A stretch of 60,808 nt of DNA, from NCBI GenBank assembly GCA_033719695.1, contig JAWWDX010000001.1, positions 1-60,808 on the forward strand, in the 5' to 3' direction. This document shows positions 1 through 9,746 of this stretch, piece after piece. The stretch comes from Putridiphycobacter sp. (GTDB taxonomy: Bacteria; Bacteroidota; Bacteroidia; Flavobacteriales_D; Crocinitomicaceae). The notes under the pieces were generated by a model. It saw nothing but the letters and a program-made list of their open reading frames with translations. It had not been told where the DNA came from and made no database searches. Within the stretch, counting starts at the first letter, position 1. Each line of letters begins with the position of its first letter. The position numbers and the translations under genes are program-made.

Positions 1-2634
1 AATGGTAATGGTTTCAGTTACCGTACATCCGTTGGCATCTGTAGCTGTTCCTACATATGTTCCTGGTGCTAAATTCGTCAGGTTTGCTGTTGTAGCGCCA
101 TTGTCCCACGCATACGTGTATGGCATAGTACCGCCTGAAACTGTCATTGAACCTGTTCCATCTGCTGAACCATTGCAGGTTATATCAGTACTAGCAGCTG
201 TTGCGGTAGGGCCTTGATTAATAGTAATTGTAATGATGTTTGATTCAGCTGGATATGGTATACACCCTTGATTTCTTGCACATCTTCTAAATTCAGTTGT
301 TTCTGAAATTAATCCAGGATCAAAGGTTTCATTGGTTTCTGAACTCATTGTCACCCATAGGTTTCCTGTAGAAGCACTTTTCTTCATCCAAATATACTCA
401 ATTGTGGCCCCGGCACCAGTTGCAGGAATAACAGTCGTTAAAGCTGCAGGGTCAAATGGTCCACAATTTGATTGATTTGCACTGATTGTTCCTGGTAAAA
501 TATCGTTACAACATACTGTTGTAGAAATTGTAGTTGAAGCGGTTGATATACAGCCATTGGCATCCGTAACAGTAACAGTATAGGTTCCTGTGCAAAGTCC
601 TTTCGACTCATCTCCGTAAATGCCGTGTGACCATTCATATACATAAGGTGCTGTACCACCTGTGGCCGTGGCCGTGGCCGTTCCACCGCACGAAGCTATA
701 TTATTGCAGGTTGGTGCATCTGCATTAAAATCTCCATGGCCGCTACTGAATGCAGGAGTAGTAGACGTATATTCGTACCAAAATGACATTCCAAAATCCC
801 CATCTTGATCATTCGCTCCAGTTCCTAGTTGCATTCCATATTGATAATTTGATGGCATATGCGTTAAGTTGAGCTCAACTCCAGCGAAATCACCTAGGCC
901 CACCATTTTGTTTGGCTTTGCAGGATCCATTATGTAATAGTCCCAATTTAAGTGGGCATTTGTTAAGCCTCCACCGTTTTTATAAGAACCACCACCAGCA
1001 CTCCAAGCCGTCCAGTCTTTTTTGTCTTTGAACCAAACTGAAAACACCCATACTTTATTAGGGTCATTGGTTTTTTCTGCTTTACCTACATAGTGTGCTG
1101 TACCATCATTGAATTGGTATAATTTTGCACTATTATTGACAATTGTAAATAATGACGTACCAGAAGTACCTCCTAAATTAGGCATCCAGATAGTTCTTGA
1201 CCCATTAAAATCTGTCATATCACATACAGTAATTGTATCCGTACAGTAAGCATTAGTAGAAGAAGCTGACGCCGATAAACCACCAGGATTTACGGTCATT
1301 ATCACATCATTAGTTTCTCCTGGCCATGAAGTACAGCCTAAATTTCTCGCGCATCTTCGGTACACTGTTGTTTCTGTAATATAGCCTGGGTCATATGTTT
1401 GACTGTTTGTACCTGGAATTGCAGTAAAAGACCAACCGGTAGAAGCATTTTTATACATCCAAATATATTCAGGATTGTTAGAACCTCCAGAGGCTGGTGC
1501 ATTGCTAGTAATTGGATTTGGATCAAATCCTCCACAACTAGATTGACTTCCTGAAATGGATCCACCTGCTGTAACATTACAACATGTTTGTGTTACTGTC
1601 ATAACGACATTACTTGTTTCGCCTGGCCATGAAGAGCAACCTACTACTCTTGCACATCTTCTGAACTTAGTTGTCTCTGAAATCACCCCTGGGTCATAGG
1701 TTAAACCCGTTGCGCCAGAAATGGCGACTAAATTCCATCCAGTTGAGGCACTTTTATACATCCATTGATATTCCACAGTACCCCCATTGTCGGCAATAGC
1801 TGGACTTAAACTCGTAATTGGTGCAGGATCAAACGACCCACAACTTGATTGATTTGACCCAATTGTTCCAGGGTTAGAAATATCACAACAAGAATTGGTC
1901 ACTGTCATAACGACATCAAACGTTTCGCCCGGCCAAGTACTGCAACCAATATTTCTTGCACAACGGCGGAACTTTGTGGTTTGTGTTACTGTACCCGGAT
2001 CATAAGTTTCTGAATTAGTACCAGGGATTGCTATAAAATTCCACCCAGTCGAGGCATTTTTATACATCCAAATATACTCTGGGTTATTGGAGCCACCTGT
2101 CGCTGGCGCAGTACTTGAAATTGGATTTGGGTCGAAGGCTCCACAATTTGTTTGGCTACCAGAAATTGAGCCACCATCTGTTACATTACAACAAGAATTA
2201 GTTACAGTTATTACCACTTGACTAGTTTCGCCCGGCCATGAAGTACATCCTTGATTTCTTGAACACCTAACGAATTTTGTTGTTTGACTTAATAATCCTG
2301 GTGTATAATCTATTGAAGTTGCACCTGGAATAGCCACTAAACTCCATCCTGTTGCAGCACTTTTGTACATCCATTGATATTCAACGGGACCAGTACCTCC
2401 TGATGCCGGAGCAGTGCTCACTATGGTTGTTGGATAAAAAGATCCACATGAAGATTGGTCACCCGATATACTACCAGCTGATGTAACATTGCTACACGGT
2501 GGTGGATTATCAGAGCTTATGGGCGTTTCAAAATTTTCACCATAAGCAGAAATTGTACTAAACAGAAATACTGCAACCACATAAAATATGCGCATAGGTA
2601 TTCCCTGTTTAAAAAAAGTTATACTTGTCATCAT
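1..2634 (-). CDS. Large secreted adhesin-like protein (partial, runs off the left edge): signal peptide, five ~101-aa Cys-rich repeats, an inserted Trp/Gly-rich domain, SprB-type repeats
   Basis: Absent from the ORF track because no stop lies in the window. Manual translation from ATG 2634 (alternatives 2631, 2595) showed no stop in the stretches read and is in frame at base 1. N-terminus MRIFYVVAVFLFSTISAYG is signal-like. The end reads GGTMPYTYAWDNGATTANLTNLAPGTYVGTATDANGC (SprB repeat). Confidence 0.9.
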   Translation of the reverse strand, partial: MMTSITFFKQGIPMRIFYVVAVFLFSTISAYGENFETPISSDNPPPCSNVTSAGSISGDQSSCGSFYPTTIVSTAPASGGTGPVEYQWMYKSAATGWSLVAIPGATSIDYTPGLLSQTTKFVRCSRNQGCTSWPGETSQVVITVTNSCCNVTDGGSISGSQTNCGAFDPNPISSTAPATGGSNNPEYIWMYKNASTGWNFIAIPGTNSETYDPGTVTQTTKFRRCARNIGCSTWPGETFDVVMTVTNSCCDISNPGTIGSNQSSCGSFDPAPITSLSPAIADNGGTVEYQWMYKSASTGWNLVAISGATGLTYDPGVISETTKFRRCARVVGCSSWPGETSNVVMTVTQTCCNVTAGGSISGSQSSCGGFDPNPITSNAPASGGSNNPEYIWMYKNASTGWSFTAIPGTNSQTYDPGYITETTVYRRCARNLGCTSWPGETNDVIMTVNPGGLSASASSTNAYCTDTITVCDMTDFNGSRTIWMPNLGGTSGTSLFTIVNNSAKLYQFNDGTAHYVGKAEKTNDPNKVWVFSVWFKDKKDWTAWSAGGGSYKNGGGLTNAHLNWDYYIMDPAKPNKMVGLGDFAGVELNLTHMPSNYQYGMQLGTGANDQDGDFGMSFWYEYTSTTPAFSSGHGDFNADAPTCNNIASCGGTATATATGGTAPYVYEWSHGIYGDESKGLCTGTYTVTVTDANGCISTASTTISTTVCCNDILPGTISANQSNCGPFDPAALTTVIPATGAGATIEYIWMKKSASTGNLWVTMSSETNETFDPGLISETTEFRRCARNQGCIPYPAESNIITITINQGPTATAASTDITCNGSADGTGSMTVSGGTMPYTYAWDNGATTANLTNLAPGTYVGTATDANGCTVTETITI
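217..2496 (-). repeat. Five intragenic ~303-306 bp repeats (C-N-x3-G-x-I-x3-Q-x2-C-G-x-F-D-P...Y-x-W-M-Y-K...R-C-A-R-x2-G-C-x2-W-P-G-E-T)
   Basis: Units begin near 2496, 2190, 1887, 1581 and 510. The first four are in tandem; the fifth follows the inserted domain. Confidence 0.85.
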
Positions 2635-2795
2635 ACTAATTTTTTTACAAATATAAGAAAGTTTTTATCTTTGTTATTAACATTTTCGTCATTTATTTGT
2701 CGATAAACACCATTTAACCGCATATAAATTGGCATATATTAACGACCAATAGGATATTTGGATACGAAGGTTGTTGAAAAATGTTGCACTTTTTC

Positions 2796-4121
2796 TTACA
2801 AAATGATAAATTTTCCGGAATAAGAAATTTCGCCTACTTCTGAAAATATTTGGTAAATGTATTCTCCGGGGTTTAGATCTAGTGGTATATTCACCCAATT
2901 TCTCATCACTTCACTCTCGTAGACTATACTTCCTGCTACTGAAAACACATTAAAGCGCAAGTTTTCATTATTTTCTGCACCAATTATTATTTTTGATTCT
3001 GCATTAACAAAAGGCGTGCCATACACCTGATGATCCGTATTGCGATTCCTAAATGCCTTGAAAGGGAAATAGAAACTAAATAAGCCACTTTGTCGATCGG
3101 ATACCAAAATCAATTCATCCTTCTCAAACACATACACACCCCAAGCACCATGCATTTTAAAGCTATTTGTTTCGGGATAAGTATCGTAAAAGCCCACTTG
3201 CTTTATGGGTGACTGTTCTAAGTCAAAGATTCGAAAACCTTCGTTATAATACGATACAAAAGCATAGCCGCTGTGCACAATAATATTATGAGGGATGTAG
3301 TCTACAGCGTTACGGGTTCCGAATAAAGCATTCACTTCTATGTTATCAATCCCATTTTTCAAACTGCACAATTTTATTTTCTTCCCAAGTGTTTCGTCTA
3401 TAAAACAATACATAGACTTTGTTGGATCCATCCATCCACTGTGGTTATAGCCTTTGTCTTGGTATAAACTCAAAACTCCTATTTCAATAGGTGTCACATT
3501 ATTTGAAAAATCATATACTTTTAGGCCGTCAGCACCTGCATTTAGAAATGCTGTATCATTACTTACGAAACAGTCGTGCACATAACTAACATTGTTAAAT
3601 GTGTACCATAGAACAGGACTTTCAGGTTCTTGAAGGTCATAAATTTTCATGCCCACATTATCAGGGCCACAGGCATACAACTTTGCTTTTACAGTATCTA
3701 TGAACAGATTGTGACATGTCGTAAAAAGCTCATTACTGTCGTAAACCTTGTGCACCGAGTCAGGTAAATACCTCATGTCAAAAATTTGCAGTGTGGAACT
3801 TCCCTCGTCACAAACGCCATATATATAGTTTTTATAGCGCTTGAAATCACGGTGTTGAACCAAAGATCCTGAAAAAGCGCCTTTCTCAAATTGGATGGGT
3901 TTTATGCTATTGTTTTCTATTCTCAAGAAATGAGTGCCATCCGTTGAACCTAAGACAGCATAATTGCTGTTTTTGTATTCGAAGCCCCAAACGTCTGAAA
4001 AACGCACATTTCCTGGTCCTTCTGTAATAGTTGTGTCTGACCATTGACTTCTTAATTCCACATTGAAATACTGTTGCGACCACGCAGGAAATGAAAAGAA
4101 TATGATCAAAAAATATTTCAT
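2796..4121 (-). CDS. Choice-of-anchor B / LVIVD-repeat protein with T9SS-like C-terminal domain
   Basis: SDVWG, HRDFK, HNLFID, YVHD, YNHSGW, PHN and GAWGVY motifs. Signal peptide from ATG 4121. C-terminus PGEYIYQI...GKFIIL. Confidence 0.85.
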   Translation of the reverse strand: MKYFLIIFFSFPAWSQQYFNVELRSQWSDTTITEGPGNVRFSDVWGFEYKNSNYAVLGSTDGTHFLRIENNSIKPIQFEKGAFSGSLVQHRDFKRYKNYIYGVCDEGSSTLQIFDMRYLPDSVHKVYDSNELFTTCHNLFIDTVKAKLYACGPDNVGMKIYDLQEPESPVLWYTFNNVSYVHDCFVSNDTAFLNAGADGLKVYDFSNNVTPIEIGVLSLYQDKGYNHSGWMDPTKSMYCFIDETLGKKIKLCSLKNGIDNIEVNALFGTRNAVDYIPHNIIVHSGYAFVSYYNEGFRIFDLEQSPIKQVGFYDTYPETNSFKMHGAWGVYVFEKDELILVSDRQSGLFSFYFPFKAFRNRNTDHQVYGTPFVNAESKIIIGAENNENLRFNVFSVAGSIVYESEVMRNWVNIPLDLNPGEYIYQIFSEVGEISYSGKFIIL

Positions 4122-4126
4122 TATTA

Positions 4127-4134
4127 CAAAGTTA
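4127..4134 (-). promoter_or_regulatory. Bacteroidota -7 promoter element TAACTTTG, 5 nt upstream of the ATG (near-leaderless mRNA)
   Basis: Minus strand reads TAACTTTG-TAATA-ATG. Confidence 0.6.
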
Positions 4135-4244
4135 GAACATTTTAAATCGCTCCACACACAATTATTAAATTTGGTTAAAATACGATGACTATTAATAGAT
4201 TTTAAATCTAAAAAATTATCTTAGCACCTGAATATTATCGAAGA

Positions 4245-4961
4245 ATGACAAGAAATTTAGTGATCATACCTACCTATAATGAAAAAGAAAACATTGAAAA
4301 AATGGTTCGTAAGGTCATGTCGTTGCAGCCTACATTCGATCTTTTAGTCGTTGATGACGGATCTCCTGATGGCACTGGAAATATTGTGAAATCCTTACAA
4401 ACTGAATTCCCGAACCAATTATTTATTGAGGAACGCCAAGGAAAGTTGGGGCTTGGTACGGCCTATCTCCATGGGTTTTCATGGGGTTTAAATCGTGATT
4501 ATGATTATTTATGCGAAATGGATGCTGACTTTTCCCATAATCCTGACGATTTGATTAGATTGGTTAATGCATGTGAGTCGTCAGACGCTAAACTTGCTAT
4601 AGGCTCACGATATATAAAAGGGGGGAAAGTGGCAAATTGGGACAAAAAAAGGCTCATACTTTCATTTTTAGCTTCATTTTATGTTCGGATGATACTTTGG
4701 ATTGGCATCAAGGATACGACTGCTGGCTTCAAATGCTATCACCGCAGTGTTCTCGAATCAATAAATTTTGAAGCCGTAAAATTCAAAGGATACGCATTTC
4801 AAATATGTATGAAGTATGCGACATTAAAAAATGGTTTTAAAGTAACTGAGGTTCCAATTACTTTTATCGACAGAGAATTCGGTCAATCAAAAATGAGTAC
4901 TGGAATTTTTAAAGAAGCTATTTTTGGCGTTTGGAAAATGCGCTTTCAAAGTTATAAGTAG
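4245..4961 (+). CDS. Polyprenol monophosphomannose synthase-like GT2 glycosyltransferase
   Basis: IIPTYNE, VDDGSPDGT, GLGTAY, MDADFSH and DTTAGFK motifs. Confidence 0.9.
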   Translation: MTRNLVIIPTYNEKENIEKMVRKVMSLQPTFDLLVVDDGSPDGTGNIVKSLQTEFPNQLFIEERQGKLGLGTAYLHGFSWGLNRDYDYLCEMDADFSHNPDDLIRLVNACESSDAKLAIGSRYIKGGKVANWDKKRLILSFLASFYVRMILWIGIKDTTAGFKCYHRSVLESINFEAVKFKGYAFQICMKYATLKNGFKVTEVPITFIDREFGQSKMSTGIFKEAIFGVWKMRFQSYK

Positions 4962-4964
4962 TTA

Positions 4965-6194
4965 TTATTGGTAAATCCAATAAGATGGGTTAAGATTTGT
5001 GATTTGACCCTCGTTACTAATCTTTATAATTTCAAAATGTACTTCTGATAAACTACCGTCTGCATTTGTAATTAAAGCACCTATTTCCTGTTTTGTTTCA
5101 ATTTTATCGCCTGCTTGCACATAAGCTGTTTGCAAATTTGAGTATATCGTACGATAATTACCATGTGCTATGATTACAGCTTTACCAGCGCCAGGAATGT
5201 TAATAACTGAAGTGACTTCCCCTTTGTAAACAGCCCTCACAGAAGCGCCTTTCACAGTCGAAATATCTAACCCTTTATTATATGTAAACACGCCTGCATG
5301 AACAGGGTGTGCCTGCTTACCATAACCCTTTGTGATTTCTCCTTTAGCCACAGGCCAAGGTAATTTGCCTTTATTACCTTCAAAACCACTATTACTAAGG
5401 GCGATTTCTTTTGTTTCGGCTAGTGTTTTTGGTTGAGCTTTCTCCTTTTTCCTTGCTGCTTCAATCTCTTTACGTATAGCGGCATTTATAGCCTTTTTTA
5501 TATCAGCTGCCTTTGCCTTTTGCGCGAGTAACTCCGTTTGCAACTTCTGCTCTTTACCTTCCAAATTTTTCAAGGCAGCTAAACGACGCTCCCTATCCTT
5601 CTGATAATTAGTTTTTTCCTTTTCTTTATTCTTTATCAAACTTTCCTGATCTAATTTTTTTTGAGAAACTAATAATCGTTTGGCTTCAATCTCCTCTCTG
5701 AGGCGTTTAATTCTTTGTATCTGATCGGCTCTGTATTTTGTTAATTGATTGATATACGCTAAACGTTTAGTGGCTTGATTAAAATTAGTTGAGGAAATGA
5801 TGAAAAAAACCGTGGCAGATTCGCTCCTCATTTTATACGTTTGAATCAACATGTTTTTATATTGTTGCTCGAGACTTACCAATTGTTGATCTAGTAACTC
5901 CAATTCTCGATTAAGGGCTTTGATATCAGAATTAAGACTTTTTAATTGGACAGTGATATTGTTCAATAGTGCTTCTCGATATTGGATTTTATTAGAGATT
6001 AGAGTAATTGAACCAGAAAGATCAGCTTTGCTATTTTCTGTAGTTTTAATAAGATTTTCAGTAAACGATATTTTACTTTCGAGCTCTTGTTGTTGTCGTT
6101 TTAGCTTTTCACTTTCTTTCTCTTGGCCAATAGCAAATGTTACAGTTAATAACAGTGCCAATAACAGCACTATTTTACTGATTGCAATTTTCAT
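4965..6194 (-). CDS. envC: Murein hydrolase activator EnvC family (coiled coil + degenerate M23 domain)
   Basis: Long coiled coil, then KGKLPWPV...GLDI...HGNYRTIYSNL...VHFEI. ATG 6194 precedes the signal peptide. Confidence 0.85.
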   Translation of the reverse strand: MKIAISKIVLLLALLLTVTFAIGQEKESEKLKRQQQELESKISFTENLIKTTENSKADLSGSITLISNKIQYREALLNNITVQLKSLNSDIKALNRELELLDQQLVSLEQQYKNMLIQTYKMRSESATVFFIISSTNFNQATKRLAYINQLTKYRADQIQRIKRLREEIEAKRLLVSQKKLDQESLIKNKEKEKTNYQKDRERRLAALKNLEGKEQKLQTELLAQKAKAADIKKAINAAIRKEIEAARKKEKAQPKTLAETKEIALSNSGFEGNKGKLPWPVAKGEITKGYGKQAHPVHAGVFTYNKGLDISTVKGASVRAVYKGEVTSVINIPGAGKAVIIAHGNYRTIYSNLQTAYVQAGDKIETKQEIGALITNADGSLSEVHFEIIKISNEGQITNLNPSYWIYQ

Positions 6195-7014
6195 ACTGAT
6201 CGGGCACTGAAAAAACATGTGTTTTACTATTATTTATCTCTTGTTTACTGTAGCTAAGACCAATTGTAATACTATCCTTTGGGTGAACAATACTTAGCGT
6301 TGTGTATTCTGGAACCATCTTATCATCATCCAACCCTGTTTCAACATAATTCACAGTAATACTCACAGAATCGACTGGAATTTCAAATATCATTTTCTTC
6401 AAAGCCATTTCGTTTGATGAAAAATAGTACTTAATAAAAATGTCGTCATTTTTCTCATCTTCCAAATCTATTTTATCTTTTTCAATTAGTTTGTATTTCC
6501 TGTTTTTATGCGACGACAAGATGTAATATTTTTTGTCTTTATCTTTTATTTGTTTGTATTTAATACTTGAATCAACACCAATAGGCTGTGCTAAAATCAT
6601 TCTTTCAAAAAACTCATATTCTAACTCCACACCTATAATTGAAGAGATATAAGAGAAATCTTCAGTAAAGTAGCACTTTTCTTGTTTGTAAGTTGCCATT
6701 AACGAATCTTTATTTGCTAAAAAATTAGCAATAATAAAACTTGCATAGCTTACTGTGCCTGAAAATGCCGAATCTACTGTCATTTTTAGGCTCGTTTTAA
6801 AAGATTGGTTAATTTTTGAGTTTGTAAAATCTACATTAACTTTTGCATTAAAATAATCAAACGATTTAGTATTTAGTTTTAAAAGTTTTTCTCTTAATTC
6901 CCTATCACCTACACGTTCATCAATTTTGTTTATCACCTCTTTATGACCACATGAAGTAAAAGCGATAAACCCTATAAAAAGGAAGAAAGAAAGGCGTTGA
7001 AAAGCTTTAATCAT
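6175..7014 (-). CDS. DUF4292-like lipoprotein
   Basis: Lipobox FTSC; conserved position between the TPR gene and envC. Confidence 0.7.
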   Translation of the reverse strand: MIKAFQRLSFFLFIGFIAFTSCGHKEVINKIDERVGDRELREKLLKLNTKSFDYFNAKVNVDFTNSKINQSFKTSLKMTVDSAFSGTVSYASFIIANFLANKDSLMATYKQEKCYFTEDFSYISSIIGVELEYEFFERMILAQPIGVDSSIKYKQIKDKDKKYYILSSHKNRKYKLIEKDKIDLEDEKNDDIFIKYYFSSNEMALKKMIFEIPVDSVSITVNYVETGLDDDKMVPEYTTLSIVHPKDSITIGLSYSKQEINNSKTHVFSVPDQYENCNQ

Positions 7015-8740
7015 GGTAGGACTTTGAATTTATTTTTTTCTCCAACCTTTCTGAAGGTTGAATTTTCTCTGTTTGTTGCCAAATATCGACCGCTTTATCT
7101 ACATTACTCATAAAATACATCACATCCCCATAGCGTTCCATATACGTAGGATTGTCTATGTCTATATTTAAGGCACGTTCTATCATTTTTAGGGCTTGTG
7201 TAAAATTAGATTCTTCTATTAACAAATTAGCATAAAAAAAAGCATACTTGGCTATTGACTGATCTTGCTCAGCAGCTTTCTTTGCATATTTTATGGCTTT
7301 GCCAAGTTCACCTTCGGCGTATAAAAGTTGAGCATAACCAAATAGAAAACGTGCATTGTTTGGGCTTCCTTCAAAAACAGACTCGAATTGTTTTACTGCT
7401 AGCTCTTTATTGTCTTGCTGCCATGTATTTTTTGCAAGATGATATTTAAATTCTGCAGCTAAATCAGCATCATCAAACACCATGTTTTTTCCAATTGTTA
7501 AAGTTTCTTCTGATTTGAGGTAATCAGCTAGTTCATATTCTGCCATACCTTTTAACAAATAGATCATAGGCTGATTAGGAAAAACAGCAAGTGCTTTTTC
7601 AGCCTCACCTACTAAGCTACGGTATTCTTCATTTACATACCGTGCGTCTAATAAATTCATCCAAGCTTCATAGTTATTTACATCAAGATCAACCGCTTTT
7701 TTGAAATAAATACTTGCACTATCTTTTTGATTATTTTGCATTAAGTATCTACCATACAGACTCATGAACCGTCCCGATTCCAATTGGCTAGAAACTAAAC
7801 TTTGCATCAATTCTTGTACTTTTTCATTAATCAAGTTTGCTTCTGGATAACGTAAATCGAATGCCATTCCCATCAGTGATTCTAAAATGAGCAGTTTGCG
7901 TTCCTCTTCAATTTCTTCCGAAGGTAAAGCTTCTGATAGTAAACTAAAGGTTTCCAAGAGTTGCCCTTTTGACAGGCTAATTTCAGCACTTCCTAGCTTA
8001 GCAAATACGTTACTGCTATCAATACTATTGATTTCTCTAACTACAATTTCAGCATTCTCATATTGTCTTGTTTGTAAGAAATAATCCATAGCTTCGAGTC
8101 TCACCTCAATATTCATAGGGTTTTCGGTGAAAAGGCTTTCTAGTGCTTCATCAGCTTGCTTCATTTTACCTAGCTCCCTGTACAGATCGTGTTTAGTTAA
8201 ACTAGTCATGGGAGTCACCCCTACTTCTAACTCCATATTATCTAATGCCTTAATTGCCTTTTCTTTTTGGTTTGAATATATATATGATTGTGCTAACTTC
8301 GACTGGTTTTCTATATTTCGATCAAGGTGTTTATTGATTAAAGTTTGAAAATAATTAGCACTTTTATGATAGTCTCCTATTTCGAAATAAGTATCCGCTA
8401 AGAACGCAACATACCACTTATTATTATCGTCAATCTTTACTGCTGTTTTGCCGTACTCTAAAGCTTTGTCGCTATTATTCTGCGTTTTATAAATTGTGGC
8501 TAGTGCATAATATGACGCCGCAGAATTGGGGTCTAACAACAAACATTTCTGGTACAATTCGATAGCGGTTTCATAATGACCAATCATTTTTTCGCTATTT
8601 GCTGAATGAAACATTTCTTTAAATGCAACACGGCTGCTGTTTTGCGTTGGTTGAATAGATTTAGAATTACCACAGCTGGACAATAGCCCTAACATAATTA
8701 ATTGTAGTATCAGCTTGTTATGTCTAAACAGAACAAACAT
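7007..8740 (-). CDS. Tetratricopeptide repeat lipoprotein
   Basis: Lipobox LSSC; many TPR units; terminal ERYGDV...AVDIWQ. Confidence 0.85.
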   Translation of the reverse strand: MFVLFRHNKLILQLIMLGLLSSCGNSKSIQPTQNSSRVAFKEMFHSANSEKMIGHYETAIELYQKCLLLDPNSAASYYALATIYKTQNNSDKALEYGKTAVKIDDNNKWYVAFLADTYFEIGDYHKSANYFQTLINKHLDRNIENQSKLAQSYIYSNQKEKAIKALDNMELEVGVTPMTSLTKHDLYRELGKMKQADEALESLFTENPMNIEVRLEAMDYFLQTRQYENAEIVVREINSIDSSNVFAKLGSAEISLSKGQLLETFSLLSEALPSEEIEEERKLLILESLMGMAFDLRYPEANLINEKVQELMQSLVSSQLESGRFMSLYGRYLMQNNQKDSASIYFKKAVDLDVNNYEAWMNLLDARYVNEEYRSLVGEAEKALAVFPNQPMIYLLKGMAEYELADYLKSEETLTIGKNMVFDDADLAAEFKYHLAKNTWQQDNKELAVKQFESVFEGSPNNARFLFGYAQLLYAEGELGKAIKYAKKAAEQDQSIAKYAFFYANLLIEESNFTQALKMIERALNIDIDNPTYMERYGDVMYFMSNVDKAVDIWQQTEKIQPSERLEKKINSKSYHD

Positions 8741-9741
8741 TACTCAATTGTTGTATAATCACCAATACTAATTGATTTAGCAGCACTTAATATTTTGGCA
8801 TGGTTCCCTATCATTGAATCTTTTAGTACTGTATTTGATATAACAGCATTTTTTTGAACGATTGAATTCTTAACAATGGCGTTCTCTACTGTAGTGCCGT
8901 TTCCTAGTGACACGTGTGGTCCGACAATGGCGTTTTCAATTCGGACATTTTTTCCAATAAAACAAGGGGGGATAATGACGGCATTTATGAGTTGTACATC
9001 ATCAGAAACTAATTCTTTTTCTTTATCAAATTCCAGTACCCTTTGATTTGTATGAATCGTTACTTTTGGGTTTCCACAATCTAGCCATTCATCTACTTCG
9101 CCAGTTTTAAACTTATGTCCCTTTTTAGTCAAATTTTTTAGGGCATCAGGTAGTTGATATTCGCCACCTTTGATGATGCCGTTGTCAATTAAATACTGTA
9201 ATTCAAACTTTAACTCCTCTCCTGACTTAAAATAGTATATACCTATCATAGCCAAATCAGAAACAAAGTCTTTTGGTTTTTCAATAAAATCAACAATGTG
9301 TTTTTCTTCATCAAGCTTTACGACTCCGAAAGAAGATGGGTCGTCGATTTGTTTAACCCAAATAATGCCATCTGCATTTGTGTCTAACTTGAAATTTGCA
9401 CGAAATAGGGTGTCAGCAAAAGCCACCACAACAGGTCCTGTTAGGCATTCAGCTGCACATAACACGGCATGCGCTGTACCTAAGGGTTTGTCTTGGTAAA
9501 ATACCTTCCCTTTGGCACCCATGCTTTCTGCCATTTTAAGCAGTTCATGTTCAACTTCTTTGCCGAAATCGCCAATTATAAATGCGATTTCATCAATTTT
9601 TTCAGTTGATGTCTCAACAATATCCTCCACTAGGCGGTGCACAATTGGCTTACCGCCAACTGGTACAAGTGGTTTTGGAATTGTTAACGTATGTGGGCGC
9701 AACCTGCTCCCCATACCTGCCATTGGTATAATAATGTTCAT
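8740..9741 (-). CDS. Sugar-phosphate nucleotidyltransferase with C-terminal left-handed beta-helix
   Basis: MAGMGSRLRPHT, PKPL, EKP, WLDCG and hexapeptide repeats. Confidence 0.9.
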   Translation of the reverse strand: MNIIIPMAGMGSRLRPHTLTIPKPLVPVGGKPIVHRLVEDIVETSTEKIDEIAFIIGDFGKEVEHELLKMAESMGAKGKVFYQDKPLGTAHAVLCAAECLTGPVVVAFADTLFRANFKLDTNADGIIWVKQIDDPSSFGVVKLDEEKHIVDFIEKPKDFVSDLAMIGIYYFKSGEELKFELQYLIDNGIIKGGEYQLPDALKNLTKKGHKFKTGEVDEWLDCGNPKVTIHTNQRVLEFDKEKELVSDDVQLINAVIIPPCFIGKNVRIENAIVGPHVSLGNGTTVENAIVKNSIVQKNAVISNTVLKDSMIGNHAKILSAAKSISIGDYTTIE

Positions 9742-9746
9742 TTATT

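Noticed and set aside
661-681. (GTGGCC)n hexamer repeat
   Set aside because: It encodes TATATAT in frame inside an SprB repeat; not a phase-variation tract.
2-1577. Short track ORFs 2-217, 438-686 and 1338-1577
   Set aside because: They are antisense or off-frame shadows of the long minus-strand adhesin ORF.
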